A stretch of 32,519 nucleotides of DNA from Octopus bimaculoides (taxonomy: Eukaryota), in assembly GCF_001194135.2 (NCBI RefSeq), contig NC_068991.1, positions 47,918,114 through 47,950,632 on the forward strand. Direction: 5' to 3'. The position numbers were made by a program, and so were the translations under genes. Shown here in pieces: positions 11,581 through 22,130 of this stretch. A model generated the notes under the pieces. The model was given only the letters and a program-made list of their open reading frames with translations. It ran no database searches and was not told the origin of the DNA. Within the stretch, counting starts at the first letter, position 1; each line of letters opens with the position of its first letter.

Positions 11581-11877
11581 GGTAAGTGACTTTACCTAAA
11601 GAAAAACTTACTAAAACTTTTGAACGTAGAGAATAAAACAAGGAGAAATGGCTATGCTCAACGCCTATCTGTAACCCTTTGATTGCTTCTTTAACTTTCG
11701 TGGTCACTTTTCATTACTCCAACTCCCTCGCCAAAAAAACAAAACAAAAAACAAAAACAAGAATTGATATTTTCTGCTTCTGCAATACTTCTTCAGTATC
11801 TCCTGTTGGTGCAATTTTCATATCCATCACTAAAAGTATTTGATTCTTGCCCAAAAGAGATATTTGATGAAAGAAGT

Positions 11878-12269
11878 TTGTTGTTGTTGTTGGCACTCCG
11901 TTGCTTACGACGTCGAGGGTTCCAGTTGATCCGATCGACGGAACAGCCTGCTCGGGAAATTAACGTGCAAGTGGCTGAGCACTCCACAGACACGTGTACC
12001 CTTAACGTAGTTCTCGGGAATATTCAGCGTGACACAGTGTGACAAGGCTGACCCTTTGAAATACAGGTACAACAGAAACAGGAGGTAAGAGTGAGAGAAA
12101 GTTGTGGTGGAAGAGTACAGCAGGGTTCGCCACCATCCCCTGCCGGAGCCTCGTGGAGCTTTAGGCGTTTTCGCTCAATAAACACTCACAACGCCCGGTC
12201 TGGGAATCGAAACCGCGATCCTATGACCGCGAGTCCGCTGCCCTAACCACTGGGCCATCGCGCCTCCAC
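11878..12269 (-). mobile_element. Family C tRNA-derived SINE, full length (392 bp) with (CAA)n tail
   Basis: Minus-strand head gtggaggcgcgatggcccagtgg (A box) and ggtttcgattccc (B box); perfect 12-bp TSD gatgaaagaagt at 11866-11877 and 12270-12281; homologous copy at 19532-19835. Confidence 0.93.
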
Positions 12270-13197
12270 GATGAAAGAAGTAAGAAGCAAAAAGATATCT
12301 TTGATTACAGAGGGTGTCTCCGCCTTTCGGCGAATAAAGAGGACGTTTTTTTTGAAAGGTGTGAGGTAAAACTGCTTTCATTCAGTCAATGGTAATAACA
12401 TTTTTGAGCGGATATATTCACTTTCCAAGCTGTAAAGTATATTCTCTGCAATCACAGCTTCTGAAACAGTTTCATTGACGACATCAGTCGTGTCCAGACA
12501 GATTAAACATATTCGATTGTGTAAGACATGTGCCTAAAGCGTCCATCGTAGACTTGGCTGGCTGTGTTGTATTGGTGCATTTCTGTTCAGGTAACGTCGA
12601 TCTGATGGAAAGAGTTAATGTACAACACAAACATTTGATCACTAAAAACAAACTATTTGTGCTGGTCGTTCAGCAACAAATTGCAGGACCGACTTTTTAA
12701 GACTACGCGAGACAACTATCATCATCATTGGTAAAATCAAAGTGAGTGTTGTGCTTTAGGATCTATACTTATGGACAAGTTCTAATACAGAAGTAGTTTA
12801 TACCATTAGCAAGTAGGTTTGGTAAACAAAAATTAAATGAAATCAAAGTAAAATAATTGCAGCAAATGTGGATAACAACAACCTTCAGGATCTTGTTCTG
12901 CACGTAGGAAGAAATGTTTTAGTTGTGGTAAATTTGGTAATTTTAGTAAATTCTGCTGGTGATCAAAATCACTACATTTTACGAAGTCTGTCTATAATGT
13001 TAATATTAAGGGAATAAGTTCGAAACTAACATGCAATTTGTATGGAATAGGATTGTGGTGGAGTATGTTTCATTAGTCACTGGGAACAAAATTAATAATT
13101 AATCATTAGTCATCAAATTTACTCAAAAACGTTTTATACTTCCTATGATGGTTCAAAACTTGAGATAGTTGTTACTATAACAGTGTAGTGTCGTTAC

Positions 13198-13198
<1 letters not shown>

Positions 13199-13254
<56 letters not shown>
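13199..13254. repeat. (TATC)n microsatellite
   Basis: Visible tandem units. Confidence 0.97.
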
Positions 13255-13514
13255 ATAAAAACAGATGCGTGTGCGTGTGAGCGCGAGCGTTTGTATGAGG
13301 CTACAGGATGTAAAAACTATAGGATGTAAAAACTAAAAGCTAACTCTTGTGTAAAATTTCACGACGAAGCTAATGGAAGTTATCTCGAGTCTCTAGCAAC
13401 CCCATGAAGGGAGCTACTGGCCCTTTTCCAACATGAACAAAATCGCATTTCAAAAATAAATAAAGGGTCTATGGAAATAATTTTTATCGGATTAACATAC
13501 CACTTTGTTTCTAT

Positions 13515-13940
13515 CGATTTCAGTTCACAACTGCGGCCATGCTGGGGCACCGCCGTTTTGCTATCCTGTTATTATTGAGAGTCTTCTCTGATATGTGGCA
13601 TTTGGTGAATAAGGGAGTTTGCTGTCGCTGCCCCCATTTGCGCCTCCTGCCCCGATGTACGTTCATCTGGGACTCTCGACAGGAAGAGATCCAGTTTTGC
13701 TTTGAAAACACCTACATTCACTTTGTGTAGATCCCTCAGACTCTTTGGGAGAATATTAAAAAATTGTGGGCCCTTGAAACCCAGGCTGTTGCAGTAACTG
13801 GTCTTGAAGCGCGACAGCATTGTTGCGATCTTTGGCACTGTGCAGTGACGACCCATTCTGTCATTTGTGTAGCTTTCAATGCCAAAATTTGGCATAATCT
13901 CTTCCAGGATCTTCCAGATGTATATTAGTTGTTCCAACTG
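13515..13940 (-). mobile_element. CR1-group LINE 3' end (ORF2 C-terminus + short 3' UTR)
   Basis: ORF 13572-13937 reads IYIWKILEEIMPN...GPQFFNILPKSLRDL..VGVFKAKLDLFLSRVPD, resembling the post-RT C-terminus of CR1/L2-group elements (xWNxLP...FKxxLD). Exact clade not determinable. Confidence 0.75.
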
Positions 13941-14146
13941 GTGTTACAAATAGTGTTATAAACCAGTGTCTGAAAAAAAAAGAAGAAGTATTAACAGGTT
14001 CAATGAAGTCGCTCAGAGGCGGGGCCGAACGGCTTCATTTCATTTTTTCATTATATTCAATTCATCTTTTCCGTTCGTTTTGTTTTTTTGTCCCCACCTT
14101 ATACTGTCCCCTCTATGTACGGCCTTCATGGCCAATATCATGAAAT

Positions 14147-14205
14147 AAAGAAGTTTGCTTCCCAGTCACATGGTTCTGGGTTCAGTCCCTTTGCATGACA
14201 CCTTG
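14147..14205 (+). mobile_element. Family B SINE head fragment
   Basis: aagaagtttgcttcccagtcacatggttctgggttcagtccc...accttgg matches 10965-11030. Confidence 0.8.
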
Positions 14206-14500
14206 GATGTAAACACACGGGCTTGTAAACACACCAGCACCGGTTGCCAAGCGTTGTGGATGATAACACAAAGACACACACACAACACACACACGCACAC
14301 TCACACACATACATGCACACACACACACATACACGCACACACACACACACACACACATGGGGCTTCTTTCAGTTTTCCTTTACCAAATCCACTCACGAGG
14401 CTATAGTAGAAGTCACTTGCCCAAGGTGCCACGCAGAATGACTGAACCTGGAACCATGTGGTTGGGAAGGAAAATCCTTACCACACAGCCACGCCTGCGC
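14206..14500 (-). mobile_element. Family B SINE (head, body, CA microsatellite, start of tail)
   Basis: 14357-14500 is the reverse complement of the B head; 14225-14280 matches the start of the B tail (caaccggtgctggtgtgtttac). Confidence 0.85.
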
Positions 14501-14504
14501 CTAT

Positions 14505-14685
14505 GTTATTTAAAAAAAATCCCATTATATTTTTATGATTAAATGTTATTAGGAATTGTATAAACAAATTCTTAAGATATTTTGTGTATTGCAAAAGTAT
14601 AACCGATTTATTGCACATAATTTTTAACAATTAAATCGTATATGGACCCCCAAGGGTTATACGGACCCCGGTTGAGAACCACTAC
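14505..14685. mobile_element. Partial inverted copy of the MITE at 999-1293
   Basis: Ends in gttgagaaccactac (TIR); interior atttattgcacataa..tttaacaa matches the reverse complement of 1065-1090. Confidence 0.7.
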
Positions 14686-14888
14686 TATAAAAAATAATAT
14701 TGACCCAAGGTTCCCAAGATGACCAAGATGGTCGGGATGCAGTTGGATTGAATCCAGTACCTCGTGGCTGTGAGGCCAACTTAACTATTCATCTATACTG
14801 CGTCTTTACAAGTGCTCGCTTAGCTATTATCAACGGTTTCCAATGTTGTTATCGAGCAAACATTAGCATTTCAATATGCATTAAGGTG

Positions 14889-15201
14889 AAGGCGGCGAGC
14901 TGGCAGAAACGTTAGCACGCCGGGCGAAGTTCTTGGCGGTATTTCGTCTGCCGCTATGTTCTGAGTTCAAATTCCGCCGAGGTCGACTTTGCCTTTCATC
15001 CTTTCGGGGTCGATTAAATAAGTACCAGTTACGCACTGGGATCGATATAATCGACTCAATCCGTTTGTCTGTCCTTGTTTGTCCCCTCTCTGCTTCTATC
15101 TGTGGGTCGATTAAATAAGTACCAGTTGCATACTGGGGTCGATCTAATCGACTAGCCCCCTCCCCTCAAAATTTCGGGCCTTGTGTCTAGAGTAGAAAAG
15201 G
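14889..15201 (+). mobile_element. Family A SINE, composite (one full copy plus the 3' half of a different tail subtype)
   Basis: Perfect 15-bp TSD atatgcattaaggtg at 14874-14888 and 15202-15216; the core gggtcgattaaataagtaccagtt occurs twice inside (about 15007 and 15105). Confidence 0.9.
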
Positions 15202-15210
15202 ATATGCATT

Positions 15211-15411
15211 AAGGTGGCAAGCGGGCAGAATCGTTAGCACGTCAGAAAAATGCTTAGCCAAGCATTTGAGTTCAAATGCCGTCAAGGTCGAATTTACCTT
15301 TCATCCATTAGGAGTCGATAAAAAAGTACCCGTTGAAAACTGGGTCGATGTAATCGACTAATTCCTTCCCCAGAACTTGTCCTTGTGCCAAAATTCAAAC
15401 CAATATATTTT
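15211..15411 (+). mobile_element. Family A SINE, older copy
   Basis: Head aaggtggcaagcgggcagaatcgttagcacg; core ttacctttcatcc; tail ccttgtgccaaaattcaaaccaatat. Confidence 0.85.
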
Positions 15412-15721
15412 GATGATGATAATGCGCCCTTTTAAAGCCTAGCCAGGCTCATGGGCTCGGTTTCCCGGTTTCTATGGCGTATGGGTTCCCCCCAGCTGGA
15501 CGGGACGCCAGTCCATCGCAGCATTACTCAAGAGACAGGAAGAAAGAGTGAGAGAAAGTTGGGGCGAAAGAGTTCAACAGGGGTCGCCACCACCCCCTGC
15601 CGGAACCTCGTGGAGCTTTAGGTGTTTTCGCTTAATAAACACACACAACGCCCGGTCTGGGAATCGAAACCGCGATCCTCCGACCGCGAGTCCGCTGTCC
15701 TAACCACTCGGCCATTGCGCC
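15412..15721 (-). mobile_element. Mosaic SINE: family C head joined to family D tail
   Basis: 15531-15721 matches the C head (12075-12265); 15424-15530 matches the D tail (17025-17135); short (ATC)n tail. Confidence 0.85.
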
Positions 15722-15963
15722 CTTTTGAAGCCTAGCCAGGCTCATGGGCCCGGTTTCCCGGTTTCAATGACGTATGTGTTCCGCAGCTGGACGGAACGCC
15801 AGTCCATCGTAGCGTTACTCATTTTGGCCAGCTGAGTGGACTGGAGCAACGTGAAATGAAGTGTTTTGCTCAAGAACACAACGCGTCGCCCGGTCCAGGA
15901 ATCAAAACCACAATCTTACGATCATGGTGCTGACACCCTAACCACTAAGCCACGCGCCTCCAC
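15716..15963 (-). mobile_element. Family D tRNA-derived SINE, full length
   Basis: About 94% identical (by eye) to the reverse complement of 16887-17135; A box tggcttagtgg. Confidence 0.92.
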
Positions 15964-16184
15964 AACCAATATATTTTACCATCTTTAATTGACAGAAACA
16001 ACAGAAAATGAAGCTAAATAATATTTAGTTTCATCCTATCTAATTTCTAATCTAACCGACATCTGTCAATCTTGCCTTTTATATCTCCAGTGCTGATAAA
16101 ATATGAGAAAATACTTACCAATAATATATTCAGATAAATTCATTCATCGATATTCGTTTGAGATATTCGTTTTTATATTATGCC

Positions 16185-16376
16185 NNNNNNNNNNNNNNNN
16201 NNNNNNNNNNNNNNNNNNNNNNNNNNNNNNNNNNNNNNNNNNNNNNNNNNNNNNNNNNNNNNNNNNNNNNNNNNNNNNNNNNNNNNNNNNNNNNNNNNNN
16301 NNNNNNNNNNNNNNNNNNNNNNNNNNNNNNNNNNNNNNNNNNNNNNNNNNNNNNNNNNNNNNNNNNNNNNNNNNNN
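16185..16376. other. Assembly gap (N run)
   Basis: N run in sequence. Confidence 1.
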
Positions 16377-16450
16377 GAGAGAGAAAGCAAGGGTGTGAGA
16401 GTATGTGTGTGAGTGTCTGCGTGTGTGCCAGAAAGAGACTATGCGTGTGA

Positions 16451-16498
<48 letters not shown>

Positions 16499-16515
16499 AA
16501 GAGAAAGAAAGAGAA

Positions 16516-16572
<57 letters not shown>

Positions 16573-16625
16573 AAGAGAAAGAGAGCGAGAGAAAGTGTGT
16601 GCGTCTCTGAGTGTATGTGAGGAGT

Positions 16626-16663
<38 letters not shown>

Positions 16664-16745
16664 TAGATAGAGGGAGAGTGAGAGAATGAGAGAGAATGTG
16701 TATGTGAGAGAAAGTGTGTGTAGTGTGAGTGTGTGTATGTGTGTG
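16377..16745. repeat. (GA)n/(GT)n/(GAAA) compound low-complexity tract
   Basis: Visible tandem units. Confidence 0.95.
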
Positions 16746-16886
16746 TTGAAAACCATATTGTTATGTTTGGGAAGAGTCTCAAGTGATTAAACCTATCACT
16801 GGTTATTGCTTGTCTATATTTCACTTATATTTCTTTTTCCAAACAGTCACCCCCAAATATCTTTCGCTACACCAATCTGGTACTTT

Positions 16887-17148
16887 GTGGAGGCACGTGG
16901 CTTAGTGGTTAGGGTGTCAGCGCCATGATCGCAAAATTGTGGTTTCGATTCCTGGACCGGGCGACGCGTTGTGTTCTTGAGCAAAACACTTCATTTCACG
17001 TTGCTCCAGTCCACTCAGCTGGCAAAAATGAGTAACTCTGCGATGGGCTGGCGTCCCGTCCAGCTGGGGAACACATACGCCATTGAAACCGGGAAACCGG
17101 GCCCATGAGCCTGGCTAGGCTTTAAAAGGACGCATTTATTTATTATTT
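16887..17148 (+). mobile_element. Family D SINE, full length
   Basis: A box tggcttagtgg; B box gtttcgattcc; (TTTA)-like tail; perfect 13-bp TSD aatctggtacttt at 16874-16886 and 17149-17161. Confidence 0.93.
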
Positions 17149-17272
17149 AATCTGGTACTTTCACGTTGGGTGCACATTTTCTCTTTTGAAATGCTTGGTT
17201 TATAACTGACATTTTGTATATACGTTGCGAAAGCTTCAGATTGGTGTATCTAAAAATACTTTTAGGGACAGT

Positions 17273-17953
17273 NNNNNNNNNNNNNNNNNNNNNNNNNNNN
17301 NNNNNNNNNNNNNNNNNNNNNNNNNNNNNNNNNNNNNNNNNNNNNNNNNNNNNNNNNNNNNNNNNNNNNNNNNNNNNNNNNNNNNNNNNNNNNNNNNNNN
17401 NNNNNNNNNNNNNNNNNNNNNNNNNNNNNNNNNNNNNNNNNNNNNNNNNNNNNNNNNNNNNNNNNNNNNNNNNNNNNNNNNNNNNNNNNNNNNNNNNNNN
17501 NNNNNNNNNNNNNNNNNNNNNNNNNNNNNNNNNNNNNNNNNNNNNNNNNNNNNNNNNNNNNNNNNNNNNNNNNNNNNNNNNNNNNNNNNNNNNNNNNNNN
17601 NNNNNNNNNNNNNNNNNNNNNNNNNNNNNNNNNNNNNNNNNNNNNNNNNNNNNNNNNNNNNNNNNNNNNNNNNNNNNNNNNNNNNNNNNNNNNNNNNNNN
17701 NNNNNNNNNNNNNNNNNNNNNNNNNNNNNNNNNNNNNNNNNNNNNNNNNNNNNNNNNNNNNNNNNNNNNNNNNNNNNNNNNNNNNNNNNNNNNNNNNNNN
17801 NNNNNNNNNNNNNNNNNNNNNNNNNNNNNNNNNNNNNNNNNNNNNNNNNNNNNNNNNNNNNNNNNNNNNNNNNNNNNNNNNNNNNNNNNNNNNNNNNNNN
17901 NNNNNNNNNNNNNNNNNNNNNNNNNNNNNNNNNNNNNNNNNNNNNNNNNNNNN
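17273..17953. other. Assembly gap (N run), followed by (CT)n at 17954-18025
   Basis: N run in sequence. Confidence 1.
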
Positions 17954-17954
17954 N

Positions 17955-18026
<72 letters not shown>

Positions 18027-18429
18027 ACACACACAGTGTGTGAGAACGCATCATAAAGAAAGAGGATGAGGATAGGGAATAAATGATAGAATGATAAATA
18101 TCTTTCTTTAGAAAATTATTATTTCTTTCAACATTTTGTATAAGTACCCAAGATGTTTGATAAAAGTTAAATTATAATTATTGTATGTCTGCCATATTTC
18201 CTGATATTATCACGGTGGCTAAAGAGCGTACTTCCAAAGTTACTCCTCGTATGACGGCTAACACTCCAGTGAGGTAATATTTCACATTGTTTGAACACAA
18301 TAACATAACTGAAGAAGATAGAAAAGCTTTTGTGACAGCCATCTGTAATGGCTTTCACTTGATTTTCTTATTCTTTTTTTCATTCCCGAAAACAAATTTT
18401 CAATTTATAATTCCTTATGTAAAAAAAAA

Positions 18430-18870
18430 AAAAAGAAGGTGTTTGTTATTTGTAAACTTTTTGCAAAGTTTCTTCTTTTCTTTTCTCAAGCGATATTTAA
18501 ATTATTAGCAGTTTCGAATCAGCTTTCTTCATACTGTTTGAGAGTGCCATATTGTCGTCTAATCAAATTGCTAAATCTTAAACTATTTCTTTCTTTCATA
18601 TTTTTTTCTTAGCTCTTTATGAATCTGTCATTTTGCAATTTTTGTACAACGTATCTAAAATACTTTCAATAATTTCCTAAGGACTTCCAATTCTTGGCCT
18701 CATTTTCGTAATGCCAATTTTATTATTACATTTAATAACACAATAAACTGTAGATTTAATCATATCATGAAAATTTTTCCTACAAATTTTCTGAAGGAAT
18801 CGCCAGTTTTTCCTCAGAGCAATGTCAAACGATTTAGCTTCATAAGAAGACTGAACTTTTTTCATTTTTT
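18430..18870 (-). pseudogene. Possible Tc1-like transposase N-terminal remnant
   Basis: ORF 18677-18865 contains KSTVYCVIKCNNKIGITKMRPRIGSP (Tc1 HTH then GRPR-like). Downstream frames give NLIRRQ and KRRNFAK, resembling TIRRRL and KKRLxFA. Very decayed. Confidence 0.4.
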
Positions 18871-19229
18871 TGTTAAAGTCTATTTTATTATTTCATTACT
18901 ATTATTGCTTACAATGTTTAATAATTTCTGGAGAATATTCCATAATATGTTCTTATACGACATTAGAAATACATTTATTTTACGTTATGCTATGCTATGA
19001 ATGAAAATAAGAAAAGAAAAAGAGACAAATTCTGCCTATAAATGTAAGTGACATTTCTTTCTTACAATTTGATAGGAATATCATATTGATATTTTTTAAT
19101 ATTCTTCATGAATGTCTTAAGTTTTGTGAAGATAATTAAGAAATACTGAATATTGTATTTCAATGATGCTTGTGTCCTCCATAACAAAACTATAGAGATA
19201 TATACGCACACGCAATATAGCAGTCTGTC

Positions 19230-19337
19230 TGTATGAATGTATATATGTACGTGCGTACGTATGTATGTATGTATGTATGTATGTATGTATGTATGTATGT
19301 ACGTACGTATGTATGTATGTGTATGTGTGAGGAGATG

Positions 19338-19424
<87 letters not shown>
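19230..19424. repeat. (GTAT)n/(AT)n microsatellite, followed by gap 19425-19531
   Basis: Visible tandem units and N run. Confidence 0.95.
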
Positions 19425-19531
19425 NNNNNNNNNNNNNNNNNNNNNNNNNNNNNNNNNNNNNNNNNNNNNNNNNNNNNNNNNNNNNNNNNNNNNNNNNNNN
19501 NNNNNNNNNNNNNNNNNNNNNNNNNNNNNNN

Positions 19532-19828
19532 GTTGTGAGTGTTTATTGAGCTAAAACACCTAAAGCTCCACAAGGCTCCGGCAGGGGATGGTGGCGAACC
19601 CTGCTGTACTCTTTCACCACAACTTTCTCTCACTCTTACTTCCTGTTTCTGTCGTGCCTGTAATTCAAGGGGTCAGCCTTGTCACACTGTGTCACGCTGA
19701 ATATCCCCGAGAACTACGTTAAGGGTATACGTGTCTGTGGAGTGCTCAGCCACTTGCACGTTAATTTCACGAGCAGGCTGTTCCGTTGATCGGATCAACC
19801 GGAATCCCCGTCGTCGTAAGCGACGGAG

Positions 19829-19835
<7 letters not shown>
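19532..19835 (+). mobile_element. Family C SINE (head lost in the gap)
   Basis: High identity to the reverse complement of 11885-12195. Confidence 0.92.
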
Positions 19836-19874
<39 letters not shown>

Positions 19875-19875
<1 letters not shown>

Positions 19876-20276
19876 CGTGAAGTATATTGCCACCTAAGTA
19901 TGATGGTCCAATAGAGGACGATGCTACTATTGTTTATAGCCCCAGGAGGACACCTCCTCCAGCTGGCTGTGTCTGATTAGTATTTGCGAAGGGAAATCAT
20001 CGTTTCTGGGTAGTAAACCATCATCAGTGTGTGATAATCATCAGCTAGCGATGAGAACTCATTCCAAACGCAAAATACTGTGACAAACTGCTTTTTCCAG
20101 TGACAAACTGTCACTGATCTCGAAATAAGAGAAACAAGCAATATTAAATCTCTGAGCGAGAAGTAAACAGTAGCAGCACAGACTCGTGAATTATATGTGC
20201 CACCTAAATATGGCGGTCCCATAGGGGATGATACTACTGTTATTTATTGCCCTAGGAGGACACCTCCTTCAGCTGG

Positions 20277-20278
<2 letters not shown>
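19875..20278 (-). mobile_element. ~310-bp unit bounded by ~95-bp direct repeats and carrying a hammerhead-like core (Penelope pLTR-like or retrozyme-like)
   Basis: Direct repeats 19875-19968 and 20184-20278. Minus strand between them has CTGATGA (20027-20021), a tgg/cca stem and GAAAC (20006-20002). Class and strand are inferred. Confidence 0.5.
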
Positions 20279-20279
<1 letters not shown>

Positions 20280-20335
<56 letters not shown>

Positions 20336-20429
20336 ATATACACATGTGTGCATATATATATATTTATGCATATATATATGTACATATATGTTGTATATGC
20401 ACACACACACATAAAACTATATCTATCTA

Positions 20430-20460
<31 letters not shown>

Positions 20461-20489
20461 ATATCTGTATACATACGTACATACATACA

Positions 20490-20525
<36 letters not shown>

Positions 20526-20565
20526 TGCATGTGTAGATATGTGTACATGTGCATTTGTATATGTG
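20280..20565. repeat. Compound AT/GT/CT/ATAC microsatellite tract
   Basis: Visible tandem units. Confidence 0.95.
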
Positions 20566-20567
20566 TA

Positions 20568-21755
20568 CGGTGGTACCTTGACTTACGAGTTTAATTCGTT
20601 CCGTGACAGAGCTCTTAATTCAAATTACTCGTATGTGAAATCAAATTTCCCAATTGAAATGAATTGAAATGCCGTTAATCTTGCTCTAACCACCAAAAAA
20701 ACACCGCAATTTTTTTGTTGCGTGTTTTTAAATAAGAAAAAAAAATGTACTTATAAATAACGAATATTGTATAAAAAACAATACAATACAATGTATTGCA
20801 ATGAACTGGTTTTATTAAGCATAATGTACAGCATTTACCTTGGCAATCAGACGATTTGAGGATGCTGTTAGAAGTGAAGGAGAAAGGCAGAACTGAATTA
20901 CTGAATCTTATTCGCTGATTTTTGTCCTTTTTGCCACGCTTTCCTCACTTTCATCTGCAAGAGTTTTAGATAAAAACTTGTCCAATAAGGTCTGTTTTAT
21001 TCTCACTTTCAAAGTGTTTCTGAAATGAGTTAGGCAAGCGTCATTAAATAGCGCCGTCGCACGTCCAGTTGCAACTTTTTCAGGGTGTTTCTTTTGAATA
21101 AAGCCTGAAAGTTTCTCCCACTTCCCAGCATTTCCTTTATTGCACTGGTAGAGATAACCTCCTCTGTCTCCTCCGTGTCATCTATTTCCTGCAAAACCGC
21201 CGTGTGCTGCTGCGTCTGTAGCTCCTTTAGCCCTTCTGTTGTCAGTTACTCAGAGTGTTCCTTAATGAGCTCATTGATGTCACCTTCATCCACGTCCAGG
21301 CCCGTGGACTTGCTGAGGGATACAATCTCCTCCACTACTGCCGCTTCGGGTTCGAGTCTTTCAAAGTTCGCTTCAGACACAAACTCAAACCACAGCTTCT
21401 TCTATGCAGAGGTCAAGGTCCTATTTGTAACACCCTGCCAGGCCATATCGTTAGTTCTGAGGCATATCACGATTTTATAGGGGTCCTTCCAGAACTCTCG
21501 AAGGGTGAGGTTTGTGCTCTCCGTCACCTCAAACCACCGGCGGAACAGGTGTTCGGTGAAGAGCTTCTTGAAATTAGAAATCTGCTGGTCCATGAGCTGC
21601 AGGATAGGGGTGGTGTTGGGTGGAAAGTAGAGAACCTATATAAGCTTGAACCCTTCAAGGATGTCATCTTCGAGGTTAGGTGGGTGAGCAGGTGCATTGT
21701 CCAGGACGTGAAGGGCTTGCAGGGGTAGGCTATTTTCCTGGAGATACACGGCGGG
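20568..21755 (-). pseudogene. pogo/Tigger-type DNA transposon: 3' half of transposase (about 21755-20908) and one terminus
   Basis: Minus strand reads LDNAPAHP..., FPPNTTPILQLMDQQISNFKK, LTLREFWK, AWQGVTNRTLTSA, with stop at 20910-20908. Terminus TA|cggtggtaccttgacttacga at 20566-20590 (TA target, CAGT-like end). Confidence 0.88.
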
Positions 21756-22130
21756 ACTGTGTATCGTTAGCGCATAGAAGCTTGTGCAAAAGCCTCGGAA
21801 ACCTGTTTAGAACTCTCTTTCTAATTGCATGATAAATACCGACTAGATTGCCCTGATGTAATAGTGTAGACATGAGGTAATCATAGCGAGTTATACAGAT
21901 CGTATCCAGATACACCAGCGGAGAGGAATAGGCTAGGATATCCACAATTTCAAACTGGTCGGCCATGCAGACTAGAAATTTGATTTGCTCAGCCGACATA
22001 TATATGATTCATAGACAGGGATCCAATTACTGGAAGCTGACGTCTCATTATTGGCATGCAAAAACTAAAGAAACCGATTTAGGTAATTAGTTAAGCGGTA
22101 GTTGTCGGGAGCAATAGTCAACAACTAGTG

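Noticed and set aside
12200-12269. tRNA-like A/B boxes here and in other SINE heads
   Set aside because: These are SINE heads with TSDs and tails, not tRNA genes; no convincing cloverleaf.
12378-12533. Open minus-strand frame (AHVLHNRICLICLDTT...LPLTE*) after an AG
   Set aside because: Only 52 codons, weak acceptor, no recognisable domain.
21730-21999. 89-aa minus-strand ORF running into the pogo fragment
   Set aside because: No motif recognised; its end overlaps the transposase in another frame, so it is not an in-frame fusion.
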